Shown piece by piece: positions 50,621 through 59,934 of a stretch of DNA of 64,000 nucleotides. The stretch's first letter is position 1; every line of letters starts with the position of its first letter. Both the position numbers and the translations under genes were made by a program. The stretch is from Acidimicrobiia bacterium (GTDB lineage: Bacteria > Actinomycetota > Acidimicrobiia > UBA2766). Where the stretch lies: contig JADZDR010000035.1 in the NCBI GenBank assembly GCA_020850945.1, positions 152,434 to 216,433 on the forward strand. Reading direction: 5' to 3'. The notes beneath the pieces are model-generated. The model was not told the origin of the DNA and did no database searches. It saw only the letters and a program-made list of their open reading frames with translations.

Positions 50621-51295
50621 ATGCCAGAACACATCCGGATCTCAGAACTGCGGGCCGGGGTCATCACGATCACGCTCGACCGGCCCGAGAAACGCAACGC
50701 CCTCTCGATTGCCCTGCGGGACGAGGTGTCGGATGCCCTCGACTCGCTCACGGACACGGAGGGCCTCCGCGTGGTCGTCGTCACGGGTGCCGGTGACGTG
50801 TTCTCGGCCGGCTTCGACCTCGCGGAGTTCGGTGTCGAGGACGCCGATTTCCAGGGGAGACTCTGGGAGTCGAGCGACAGATTCCACGAGACGGTCATGC
50901 GTTTCCCCCTTCCCACCGTTGCCGCCGTGAACGGACCTGCCATCGCGGGCGGATTCGACCTTGCCCTCCTGTGCGACATCAGGCTCGCCGCCGACCGGGC
51001 GCGCTTCGCCCATCCGGAGCAGACGTTCGGGGATGTCGTGTACGCGCCTCTGCACGATCTCGTCGGCGGTGGAGTCGCCCGCGACCTCACCCTGACGGGT
51101 CGGGAGGTGACGGCCGAGGAGGCGTGGCGTGTGGGGATCGTCTCTGCGGTCGTGCCGGCCGAGGAGCTCTTAGACCTCGTGCGCGAGTTCACCGAGAGGA
51201 TCGCCGCAGGACCCCGCGACGTCCTCGTCCGTACCAAGGCCAAAGCCCTCGCCCGTCTCGGCATTCCACCGGGGACACCCACGCTCGCGCTGTGA
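50621..51295 (+). CDS. enoyl-CoA hydratase/isomerase (crotonase) family protein
   Basis: ITLDRPEKRNAL, VVVVTGAGDVFSAGFDL, AAVNGPAIAGGFDLALLCDIR. Confidence 0.85.
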   Translation: MPEHIRISELRAGVITITLDRPEKRNALSIALRDEVSDALDSLTDTEGLRVVVVTGAGDVFSAGFDLAEFGVEDADFQGRLWESSDRFHETVMRFPLPTVAAVNGPAIAGGFDLALLCDIRLAADRARFAHPEQTFGDVVYAPLHDLVGGGVARDLTLTGREVTAEEAWRVGIVSAVVPAEELLDLVREFTERIAAGPRDVLVRTKAKALARLGIPPGTPTLAL

Positions 51296-51385
51296 GCCGG
51301 CTCTTCGGGGGTCCGCTCGAGCTGGTCCAGCCGGATCTAGCTTGTGTTCGTCGCACCGCCCCGACATGTGACGAAAGGAGTCGAG

Positions 51386-51973
51386 ATGGCCGACACAAGC
51401 GAAGAAGAGATGGAAGAGGTCGCCCGTGAGGAGCTGGCCGACATGGCTGGACTCTGGTGGCTCTGGATCGTGCTCGGCGTCATCTGGATCGTCCTTGCCC
51501 TCGTCATCCTCCAGTTCGACGACGCCTCCGTGACCCTGATCGGAGTTCTCGTGGGTGCCATGTTCCTCGTCGCCGGCATCCAGGAGTTCCTCATCGCCTC
51601 CGTGGCGGAGGGTTGGCGCTGGCTCTGGATCACGTTCGGGGTGATCTTCGTGATCGCCGGTCTCGTCGCCCTGTTCAACCCCGAGGACACGTTCTCGGCC
51701 GTGGCGGACATCCTCGGCTTCCTGTTCCTGCTCGTCGGCATCTTCTGGTTGATAGAGGCGTTCGCGACCCGCGACTTCAACGATCTGTGGTGGCTCGGAC
51801 TCGTTGCCGGCATCCTCATGCTCATCCTCGCCTTCTGGACGGCCGGCCAGTTCTTCATCGAGAAGGCCTATATCCTCCTCGTCTTCACGGGGATCTGGGC
51901 GCTGTTCCACGGGTTCATGGACATCTTCAAGGCGTTCCAGATCAAGAAGTTCGGCAAGCTCGCCGCCGGCTGA
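51386..51973 (+). CDS. HdeD/DUF308 family membrane protein
   Basis: An ATG at 51386 follows GGAGT. Six TM helices with the repeated W-rich HdeD pattern. Confidence 0.65.
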   Translation: MADTSEEEMEEVAREELADMAGLWWLWIVLGVIWIVLALVILQFDDASVTLIGVLVGAMFLVAGIQEFLIASVAEGWRWLWITFGVIFVIAGLVALFNPEDTFSAVADILGFLFLLVGIFWLIEAFATRDFNDLWWLGLVAGILMLILAFWTAGQFFIEKAYILLVFTGIWALFHGFMDIFKAFQIKKFGKLAAG

Positions 51974-52009
51974 CCGGCCTCCCTCGCGGATCTTGCGGCT
52001 TGGTCTTCG

Positions 52010-52462
52010 TCAGGGAGCAGATGTCGTCGTTTCAGCGCCCCCGCCCCCCGTGTTGAGGGACTTGATGTAGGCGACGACGTTCTCGACGTCCTCGTCGCTG
52101 AGCGAGGGGTTGCCTCCCTTGGGCGGCATGTCTACACCCGTCGTGTTCGCGGGGTCTGTCGACGGCCGCCCCTTCGTGACCAGGGCGACGAGTTCGGCGT
52201 CGCTGCTGTCGGCGACGACCTGGCTCGTCGTGAGGTCCTTGCCCAGCCCCGAGATGCCGGTCGCGTCAGGGCCGTGGCATGCCGCGCACGTGCTCGTGTA
52301 GATCGTCTCGCCGGCGTCAGCGTCGCCACCGCCGGAGTCCCCGCCGTCGGTCTCGGTGCCTGAGTCCGGCTTGGTCGTTGCCGCCTCGTCGTCGCCACCT
52401 CCGCCGCACGCGGCTGTGAGGGCGATGATGCCGAGCAGGGCGGCGATCAGCAACTTGCGCAT
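52010..52462 (-). CDS. monoheme c-type cytochrome lipoprotein (NosC-like candidate electron donor)
   Basis: Start MRKLLIAALLGIIALTAAC (lipobox). A single CAACH haem-binding site, and a Met in GVDMPPKGG as candidate sixth ligand. Confidence 0.7.
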   Translation of the reverse strand: MRKLLIAALLGIIALTAACGGGGDDEAATTKPDSGTETDGGDSGGGDADAGETIYTSTCAACHGPDATGISGLGKDLTTSQVVADSSDAELVALVTKGRPSTDPANTTGVDMPPKGGNPSLSDEDVENVVAYIKSLNTGGGGAETTTSAP

Positions 52463-52544
52463 TTGACCTCCTGTAGAGAACGGTCGAATCCCGGAGGACG
52501 CGGCCGGTTCCTTCTTGACGAACCTCTTCGAAGACTGCGAAACA

Positions 52545-53051
52545 CTAGTCAGCACGTCCACTCCCGGGTGAAGTCGACGTGCCGTGATCGGCGGCACCGG
52601 GATGCTCCGGATCGGATGACCCTGGCGCCCCCCCGGTCAGCATCTCGTCCCACGTGAGGACAGTGCCGCCGGACTCCGATGCGAAAGCGCGTGCCCGTGA
52701 TTCAGTTGAGAACGCGACGACGCCGGTGGCCATGGGCGACTCGACACCCGTTCCCGCCACGTACCAGGCCGACGTGGCTTCGACCCAGCCCTCGGTGTCG
52801 TAGTCGTGCACCCATGCGTCCGCGTCCCCGAGCTCGTCTCGTGTGAACATCTCACCCATGTCGTCGAACCTGCTCTCCGTCCCGTCGGGCAGGCGATAGG
52901 CGGAGGCGAAACGGGGGTCGTCGATCACCATGTCGCAGCCGTCACACGTGTCGCGGCCGTAGTTGATCTCGGGCGGCCCTGCGGAATCCCCGCCGCAGGC
53001 ACTTGCCGCGGCGAGCGCGAGTACGAGCAGGAGGCCCGGGAGTCGGGTCAT
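52545..53051 (-). CDS. nosL: nitrous oxide reductase accessory copper chaperone NosL (lipoprotein)
   Basis: Start MTRLPGLLLVLALAAASAC (lipobox). CDGCDM Cys/Met cluster typical of NosL Cu(I) binding. Divergent from nosZ. Confidence 0.65.
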   Translation of the reverse strand: MTRLPGLLLVLALAAASACGGDSAGPPEINYGRDTCDGCDMVIDDPRFASAYRLPDGTESRFDDMGEMFTRDELGDADAWVHDYDTEGWVEATSAWYVAGTGVESPMATGVVAFSTESRARAFASESGGTVLTWDEMLTGGAPGSSDPEHPGAADHGTSTSPGSGRAD

Positions 53052-53232
53052 GGTGGTGGTATTCGACACGTGATCCTCACCGTATGCCGGTGTTACCCCG
53101 ATGAGACCGGCCGGACGGCTCGCGAACGGCCCCCGAACGTCCCCATTCATCGGGACTTCGGTCTCTCACGTCTCTCGCCGGGTTTGGCTTCACTCTCGTG
53201 TTGAGGTACCAGGCGTACGGAGGAGAGATGGC

Positions 53233-55203
53233 ATGAACCGTTCGAAGCCGATGACCGCGGTAGTCCTCGTGCTGACGCTGACTCTCGTGGCCATGTCCTG
53301 CAGCGGCGGCGGCAGCGAAGTGGACTCGATCGCCAAGGAACGCGGGCTCTCGCAGGAGGACATCGAGAACGCGGTCTCGACCTACACGCCTTCGGGAGAA
53401 CACGACCCCTACATCATGATCTCCTCGGGTGGTCATGGCGGGCAGCTCTTCGTCATCGGTGTGCCCTCGATGCGACTCCTGCGCTCGGTCGGTGTGTTCA
53501 CGCCGGAACCGTGGCAGGGCTGGGGATACGGTGGCGAGGCGAGCGCCGCGGTGCTCGACGCCGGGAACGTCGAGGGCAAAGAGGTGAGATGGGGTGACAC
53601 CCACCACCCGGCGCTCTCGGAGACCAAGGGTGAGTACGACGGCCAGATGGTGTTCATCAACGACAAGGCGAACGCCCGCATGGCGGTCGTGGACCTGCGT
53701 GACTTCGAGACCAAGCAGATCGTGAAGAACCCGCTCGCCATCAACGACCACGGTGGAGCCTTCGTCACGCCCGACACCGAATGGGTGCTCGAGGGCGGTA
53801 CATATGCGACACCGCTGCCGTGGAGCTCGTACGCACCGATCTCGGAGTACCAGTCGCAGTACAGGGGGATGATCACCTTCTGGAAGTTCGACCGCGAGGC
53901 GCGACGCATCATCCCCGAGCAGTCCTTCGCCATGGAGTTGCCCCCCTACTGGCAGGATCTCTGTGACGCGGGCAAGCTCGAGTCCGAGGGGTGGGTGTTC
54001 TGCAACTCCTTCAACACCGAGATGGCGACGGGCGGGATCGAGCAGGGCAATCCGCCGTTCGAGGCCGGAGTGTCCGAGAACGACATGGACTACCTCCACG
54101 CGATCAACTTGAAGAAGGCGGCCGAGGTAGCCCAGACACAGGCGCAGGACGTGAACGGATTCAAGGTGCTGCCGCTCTCCGCCTCGATCCAGGAGGGCCT
54201 CCTCTACTTCATGCCCGAGCCCAAGAGCCCGCACGGCGCGGACGTGACACCCAAGGGTGACTTCATCGTCGTGGCCGGCAAGCTCGACCCGCACGTCACC
54301 ATCTACTCGTTCGAGAAGATCCAGGCGGCCATCGAGAAGGGGACCGACGAGAAGGACCAGTTCGGCGTACCCGTCCTCGACTTCGATGCCACGAAGGAGG
54401 CGCAGGTCGAGCTCGGCCTCGGTCCCCTTCACACGCAGTTCGACAACGAAGGCCATGCCTACACGAGCCTGTTCCTGGATTCGGCAGTCGCGAGGTGGAG
54501 CCTCGGCGGCGACTACCACGACGAAGGCTGGGAGCTCGAGAACTCCGTGCCCGTGCAGTACAACATCGGCCACATCTCGACACCGGAAGGTGACACGGTG
54601 TCCCCGGACGGCCAGTACGTCGTGGCCCTCAACAAGTGGTCGATAGACCGATTCTTCCCGACCGGACCCCTGCTCCCCCAGAACTTCCAGCTCATTGACA
54701 ACGGTGTGAGCGAGGGGCAGGAGGAGGACATGCGGGTCATGTACGACATGCCCATCGGCAACGGTGAGCCGCACTCCGTCCAGATCATCAAGGCGGACAA
54801 GCTCGATCCCTTCGAGATCTATCCCGAGGTCGGCTGGGATCCGGGCACGATGGCCGTGAACCCCAATGCTGCCAAGGCGGGTGAGGAGCGCATCGAGCGC
54901 AACGGCAACAACGTCGAGATCTGGAGTACGGCGATTCGCAGCCACTTCAACCCGGAGCACGTGCAGGTGCAGCAGGGTGACAACGTCACGTGGCACATCA
55001 CGAACCTCGAACAGAGCCAGGATGCCACGCACGGGTTCTCCCTGCCCGGTTACAACATCCAGCTCTCACTCGAGCCGGGTGAGGCGGAGACGATCCGCTT
55101 CGTCGCCGACAAGCCGGGGATCTTCACGTGGTACTGCAGCGAGTTCTGCTCTGCGCTGCACCTCGAGATGATGGGCTACTTCATGGTCCAGCCGCCCGCC
55201 TGA
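53233..55203 (+). CDS. nosZ: nitrous-oxide reductase, Sec-dependent (clade II-like)
   Basis: 656 aa. N-terminal Sec/lipoprotein-like signal MNRSKPMTAVVLVLTLTLVAMSC without a Tat RR motif. His-rich beta-propeller. C-terminal CuA site HGFSLPGY...WYCSEFCSALHLEMMGYF. AGGAGAG RBS. Confidence 0.9.
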   Translation: MNRSKPMTAVVLVLTLTLVAMSCSGGGSEVDSIAKERGLSQEDIENAVSTYTPSGEHDPYIMISSGGHGGQLFVIGVPSMRLLRSVGVFTPEPWQGWGYGGEASAAVLDAGNVEGKEVRWGDTHHPALSETKGEYDGQMVFINDKANARMAVVDLRDFETKQIVKNPLAINDHGGAFVTPDTEWVLEGGTYATPLPWSSYAPISEYQSQYRGMITFWKFDREARRIIPEQSFAMELPPYWQDLCDAGKLESEGWVFCNSFNTEMATGGIEQGNPPFEAGVSENDMDYLHAINLKKAAEVAQTQAQDVNGFKVLPLSASIQEGLLYFMPEPKSPHGADVTPKGDFIVVAGKLDPHVTIYSFEKIQAAIEKGTDEKDQFGVPVLDFDATKEAQVELGLGPLHTQFDNEGHAYTSLFLDSAVARWSLGGDYHDEGWELENSVPVQYNIGHISTPEGDTVSPDGQYVVALNKWSIDRFFPTGPLLPQNFQLIDNGVSEGQEEDMRVMYDMPIGNGEPHSVQIIKADKLDPFEIYPEVGWDPGTMAVNPNAAKAGEERIERNGNNVEIWSTAIRSHFNPEHVQVQQGDNVTWHITNLEQSQDATHGFSLPGYNIQLSLEPGEAETIRFVADKPGIFTWYCSEFCSALHLEMMGYFMVQPPA

Positions 55204-55228
55204 GCACGGACTGCACGTCGATGGGAGG

Positions 55229-55260
55229 GGGGTCGCCCGGGTCACGCCCCGGGCGACCCC
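55229..55260 (+). terminator. GC-rich hairpin (13-bp stem, 6-nt loop) between nosZ and nosB; possible attenuator or mRNA stabiliser
   Basis: GGGGTCGCCCGGG tcacgc CCCGGGCGACCCC. There is no downstream U-tract. Confidence 0.45.
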
Positions 55261-55283
55261 ACGCACTACGTTGGTGAAGCGAT

Positions 55284-56030
55284 ATGAGCCTTGTCGAGAA
55301 GATATTCGGGCCGCGAATCCCGTCAGAGGAGCTCAAGAAGGACCGCTGGAGGTACAGCCAGCCGATCACGCTGTTCGCGATCGCAGCCGTGCTGCTCGTC
55401 GTCTCCGTGTTCTTCCCGTACTGGATCCTGCGACTGAGCGCACCGCAGTTCCCCGACGGCCTCGAGGTCCACGCCTACGTGAACAGGCTCGAAGGCGACG
55501 TCGTCGAGATCGAGGGCCTCAACCATTACGTGGGCATGCCGGCCTTCGACAGCGGCGCCGTCTTCGAACGCTCGATCGCGGTCATCTCGATCATCGTGAT
55601 CGCAGGCCTCCTCCTCGCCGTCGTGTTCATCAACAACCGCTGGGTGCTCCTCTTCGCCCTCCCCGCCCTGCTCTATCCCCTCATCTTCATCGGCGATCTC
55701 CAGTACTGGCTCTGGAAGTACGGACACAGCCTCGACCCGAAGGCCGCCTTCTCGGGGGCTGTGGGCGAGTTCACACCGCCGATCTTCGGCCCGGCCAAGA
55801 TCGCGCAGTTCAGCACGCTCGCCCTGCCGGGCCCCGGTCTTCTCCTCGCGATCGCGGCTGCCGTCCTCGTCGGCATCGGTCTCTGGAAGCACCGCAAGAT
55901 CTACAAGCCGCTCGTCGAGGAGATGCGGGCCAGGGACGCGGCGCCGCGTGAGCGGGAGGGCACCGCTGTCGATGCCGCTCCCGGGGGGGACACCATGGTC
56001 GCGGGGGGTGACCGGGGCGCTCCCACATGA
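55284..56030 (+). CDS. NosB-like integral membrane protein
   Basis: 248 aa with about 5 TM helices. It sits between nosZ and nosD, as in clade II clusters, and its stop is coupled to the nosD start. Confidence 0.55.
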   Translation: MSLVEKIFGPRIPSEELKKDRWRYSQPITLFAIAAVLLVVSVFFPYWILRLSAPQFPDGLEVHAYVNRLEGDVVEIEGLNHYVGMPAFDSGAVFERSIAVISIIVIAGLLLAVVFINNRWVLLFALPALLYPLIFIGDLQYWLWKYGHSLDPKAAFSGAVGEFTPPIFGPAKIAQFSTLALPGPGLLLAIAAAVLVGIGLWKHRKIYKPLVEEMRARDAAPREREGTAVDAAPGGDTMVAGGDRGAPT

Positions 56031-57442
56031 TCCGTCCCCTTCGCGCGTGCCTCCTCGCATGCTCAGGTGTCGTGGCGGTCGCGCTCTTCTCCCTTGTCGG
56101 CACCGGCGCCCGGGCCGAGCCGCAGGATCTGCAGGCCTTGATCGACGCGTCGGAGCCCGGAGCCACCCTCCGCCTCGGGCCCGGTGTGTACGCCGGCGGT
56201 GTGGAGATCGACAAGCCGCTCACCCTCGTCGGGGATGACTGGCCCGTGATCGACGTCGGCGGAGAGGGAAGTGGGATCGTCGTGACCGCCCCTGACGTCA
56301 CCGTGCGAGGGGTCGTCGTCCGCAACACCGGGTCGAACCTCGACGCCGAGAACTCGGCGCTCGTCGCCCGGGACTCACCTCGCACGAGAATCGAGGACAA
56401 CCGGTTCGAGGATGTGCTCTTCGGCATATACCTGCGGAACTCGCCCGATTCGGTGGTGGAGGGGAACACGATCGGAGCCAAGGACCTCTTCGTCGCACGG
56501 CGGGGGGACGGGATCCGCCTCTGGGAGAGCAGTCGGAGCCGCGTGGAAGAGAACGTGATCGACCGGGGACGGGACCTCGTGCTCTGGTTCTCCGACAGCC
56601 TGCTCATCCGCGAGAACGAGGTGCGGGACGGCCGGTATGGCCTCCACTTCATGTACTGCGACGGAGCCCGCATCGTGAGGAACCGCCTCGAGCGCAACTC
56701 GGTCGGGATGTTCCTCATGAACAGTACCGACCTCGAGCTCGAGGGGAACGTGATCGCTTTCAACAGGGGACCGAGCGGCTACGGAGTGGGACTGAAGGAT
56801 CTCGACGGAGTCGAAGCGATCGGCAACCGCATCGTGGGCAACCGCATCGGCCTCAACCTCGAGAACTCACCCGTCTCCTACGACGTCAAAGCACACTTCG
56901 AGCGCAACCTGTTCGCCTTCAACGATATCGCGGTCAACTTCTCGCCGTCGGTGCGCAACAACGTGTTCTCGGACAACGCGTTCATCGACAACCGGGAGGA
57001 CGTGGGTGTCTCGAGCAGTGGCCAGTTCCGCGGGAACGAGTGGACGAAGGGGGACCGGGGGAACCACTGGAGCGAGTACTCGGGCTTCGACGCAGATGGC
57101 GACGGCATCGGCGACATCGACCACCGGATCGAGAACCTCTTCTCGCACTGGACGGACGAGAACCCGAACCTGCTCTTCTTCTCCGAGACGCCGGCGGCGC
57201 GAGCCATCGACCTCGCGTCCGACGCCTTCCCCGTCATGCGCCCGAATCCCAAGGTCGTGGACGAGGCCCCCCTCACCGAGGTGCCGTCTCTCACACCCAT
57301 GGAGGTGGCCGCCGGGTCGTCGGTGCGCTCGCTCGCCCTCGTCTCGGCAGCCCTCGTCGCCGTCGCGGTCCTCGTCGTCATCTCGTCCGGCGCCATCCGG
57401 CCCCGGCGGGCCCGCGCCGTGAGATTGGGGGGTGCGACGTGA
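56027..57442 (+). CDS. nosD: NosD periplasmic right-handed beta-helix copper-delivery protein
   Basis: Signal peptide, then repeated parallel beta-helix units (NxIxxN repeats: EGNTI, EENVI, RENEV, GNVIAFN, GNRIVGNRI). C-terminal TM. Confidence 0.8.
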   Translation: MIRPLRACLLACSGVVAVALFSLVGTGARAEPQDLQALIDASEPGATLRLGPGVYAGGVEIDKPLTLVGDDWPVIDVGGEGSGIVVTAPDVTVRGVVVRNTGSNLDAENSALVARDSPRTRIEDNRFEDVLFGIYLRNSPDSVVEGNTIGAKDLFVARRGDGIRLWESSRSRVEENVIDRGRDLVLWFSDSLLIRENEVRDGRYGLHFMYCDGARIVRNRLERNSVGMFLMNSTDLELEGNVIAFNRGPSGYGVGLKDLDGVEAIGNRIVGNRIGLNLENSPVSYDVKAHFERNLFAFNDIAVNFSPSVRNNVFSDNAFIDNREDVGVSSSGQFRGNEWTKGDRGNHWSEYSGFDADGDGIGDIDHRIENLFSHWTDENPNLLFFSETPAARAIDLASDAFPVMRPNPKVVDEAPLTEVPSLTPMEVAAGSSVRSLALVSAALVAVAVLVVISSGAIRPRRARAVRLGGAT

Positions 57443-58296
57443 TCAGGGCCGAGAGCCTCACGAAGGCGTACGGACGCTCCGTCGTCGTCGACGACGTGAG
57501 CTTCGAGATAGGCAGCGGGGAGTCCGTCGCGTTCTGGGGTCCGAACGGGGCCGGCAAGACGACGATCGTGCGATGCCTCCTCGGTTTGGTCCATTTCGAG
57601 GGACAGCTCCTCGTGGACGACCGGGACGTGGCGCGGCGCGGCAAGGAGGTGCGCCGCCTCATCGGCCACGTGCCACAGGAGCTCGCGTTCTACGAAGACC
57701 TCAGCGTGGACGAGACGCTCACGCTCTCGGCCGAGTTGCGCACCGTGGACCGGGCACGCATCGCGTCCGTGCTCGAGACCGTCGACCTGACCGCCGAGGT
57801 CGGCAAGAAGGTCGGAGCGCTGTCCGGGGGGATGAAGCAGCGCCTCGGACTCGCCGCCGCCCTCCTCGCCGACCCGCCGATCCTCGTACTCGACGAGCCG
57901 ACGTCGAACCTCGACATCGCCGGACGCGAGAAGATCATGACCGTTCTCGAAGGCCTTCGGGCAGACGATCGCACGCTCATCCTCACCTCGCACCACCTCG
58001 AGGAGGTCGGCTCCCTCGCCGACCGCGCGTTGACAATGGCGGAGGGGCGGATCCTCGCCGAATGTGCCCCGGCCGAGCTCGCCGACAGGCTCGGGATCAG
58101 CTCACGACTCCACATCGTCCTGTCGGAGGAAGACCGCACCGACGAGGCGGTCGCGTTGCTCCGCGGCATGGACCTCGATGCGCGGCGCAACTCGCGGGGT
58201 GTGATCGTCGACGTGTCCGCCCAGAACAAGGGTGCCGCGATCGGAGCCCTGCTGGAGAAGGGAATCGGTGTCGCGGACTTCGAGGTGTGGCGATGA
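57439..58296 (+). CDS. nosF: NosF ABC transporter ATP-binding protein
   Basis: GTG overlapping the nosD stop. Walker A GPNGAGKTT, signature LSGGMKQRL. Confidence 0.8.
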   Translation: MIRAESLTKAYGRSVVVDDVSFEIGSGESVAFWGPNGAGKTTIVRCLLGLVHFEGQLLVDDRDVARRGKEVRRLIGHVPQELAFYEDLSVDETLTLSAELRTVDRARIASVLETVDLTAEVGKKVGALSGGMKQRLGLAAALLADPPILVLDEPTSNLDIAGREKIMTVLEGLRADDRTLILTSHHLEEVGSLADRALTMAEGRILAECAPAELADRLGISSRLHIVLSEEDRTDEAVALLRGMDLDARRNSRGVIVDVSAQNKGAAIGALLEKGIGVADFEVWR

Positions 58297-59156
58297 GCGC
58301 CGACATGCCCGTCTTGCACGAGCGCCCCCAGGTCCGCCTCGTCTGGACGATCGCGCGCAAGGAGCTGCGGGATTCGATCCGGGACAGGTGGTTCTGGCTC
58401 TTCGCCGGCGGTTTCGCCCTCCTCGCGGCCGGCCTCGCCGTCTTCGCCCTGTCCAACAGCCAAGTCGTGGGCTTCGGCGGTTTCGGGCGCACGGCGGCCT
58501 CTCTCATCGCCCTCGTGCAGCTCGTCGTGCCACTCATGGGGCTGACGCTGGGCGCGCGCAGCATCGCCGGTCAACGTGAGGCGGGGACGCTCCGCTTCCT
58601 TCTCAGCCATCCCGTGAGCAGGACGGAGGTGTTCTTCGGTCTGCTCGGTGGGATCGGAGCCGCCCTGCTCGCCGCGATCGCGGCCGGCTTCGGGGTGGCG
58701 GGTCTCGTGAGCGCTGCCCGCGGCTCCGCTGTCGACGCGGCCGATCTCCTCGGGATCGCGCTCTCCTCCTGGCTCCTCTCCCTGGCCATGCTGGCAGTCG
58801 GCATCCTGATCAGCACGCTGGCGCGACGGGCCGGGACCGCCCTCGGGACGGCACTCTTCGTCTGGCTCGTCTTCACGTTCGTCGGGGATCTCGGTCTCAT
58901 GGGAGCGTCGCTCGCAACCGACCTCCCTGTGAACGTGCTGTTCTTCTCGACCCTCGTGAATCCGGTCGAGGCCTTCCGGCTCCTGTCGATGCTGCAGCTC
59001 GAAGGGACGTTGGACGTCCTCGGTCCGGCGGGCAGCTACGCGATCGACACCTTCGGTGGGATCGTCGCCGTGCCCGCCCTCCTGTCACTGGTCGTGTGGA
59101 CGGCCGTGCCTCTCGCGGTCGCGTGGTGGGTGTTCGCGCGGCGCTCCGACGTCTGA
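58293..59156 (+). CDS. nosY: NosY ABC-2 type permease
   Basis: The ATG overlaps the nosF stop (ATGA). Six TM helices in an ABC-2 layout. Confidence 0.75.
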   Translation: MSADMPVLHERPQVRLVWTIARKELRDSIRDRWFWLFAGGFALLAAGLAVFALSNSQVVGFGGFGRTAASLIALVQLVVPLMGLTLGARSIAGQREAGTLRFLLSHPVSRTEVFFGLLGGIGAALLAAIAAGFGVAGLVSAARGSAVDAADLLGIALSSWLLSLAMLAVGILISTLARRAGTALGTALFVWLVFTFVGDLGLMGASLATDLPVNVLFFSTLVNPVEAFRLLSMLQLEGTLDVLGPAGSYAIDTFGGIVAVPALLSLVVWTAVPLAVAWWVFARRSDV

Positions 59157-59270
59157 GCGCCGCCCACTCACTCGAATTCCGTGAGGGCTTCGGTGGCCTT
59201 GTCTCGGTGGTGCGAGTACCTCACATGGTGTGCGTTCACAGGCGGCGTTCCCACACTTTCCTACAGCCGC

Positions 59271-59519
59271 TCAGAGGGAGTGGACCTCGACACGGGCTTC
59301 GACCGGTGTGCCGGGATCGCCGGTCGGACCGACGCGAAGTGGGGGGATCCCGTCCCAGAACCACGTGGTCGAGAGGACCGTGACACCGTCGTCCGCGAAG
59401 ACCTCGAGGGATGTGGAGTCGACCACGGCACGGACGTCCACGGGACCGGACGTGTTCATCAGAGGTGCCCGGTACTCCTGCTCGAAGGAGTCGGCCACGA
59501 ACATCCCCGGTGGCGACAC
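59271..59519 (-). pseudogene. remnant of a GH32-type glycoside hydrolase C-terminal beta-sandwich domain (82 codons)
   Basis: VRAVVDSTSLEVFADDGVTVLSTTWFW...ARVEVHSL resembles the C-terminal module of beta-fructofuranosidases (DRSSVEVFxNDG..V.T). GC3-rich. An in-frame stop lies 57 nt upstream of its GTG, and there is no catalytic domain upstream. Confidence 0.4.
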
Positions 59520-59934
59520 CCGCGTGACGCTGATCGCGCTGGCATCGTTGGGGTGACGTGGTCGACGTCTGCCGCGCGCTCGCCCTTCGACTGGCGGGGG
59601 CTGCCTGATGGCGCTGTGCTTCGCAACGTCGACGCGTCACCGAGCGACGATGTCCGGACCTGGCCCTATGAAGCCCTCGTGACGGCGATCGACCGGGGAC
59701 TCGTAGCCGACTGGCAACCGATCCTTGTCGAGATGAGACGTTCCCGGTGGGGGTCGGTCGCGCGGCGTGTCGGGCGCTACCTCTCCTACCGTGAGCAGGA
59801 TGGGGTCGGGACGCCGTCTGCGGCCATGCTGCTGCGGATCGGGAGTGCTGCCGAGGCGATGTCTCTCCCCACGAGTTGAGCCCTCTCACCGTGGCGGACC
59901 GGCCCCGCCACCGTGGCGAGCACGGCTCTCGGGT

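Noticed and set aside
53052-53232. FNR/NnrR-type box (TTGAT-N4-ATCAA) in the nosL/nosZ divergent promoter
   Set aside because: No match better than half-site level was found by eye. Regulation is probably by a different factor.
59181-59879. 232-aa plus-strand ORF spanning the region after nosY
   Set aside because: Its first half is antisense to the GH32-like remnant and is junk-like. Only the last ~108 codons (from about 59556) look protein-like, with reduced GC3. It is retained only as a possible small ORF or remnant within the island-boundary finding.
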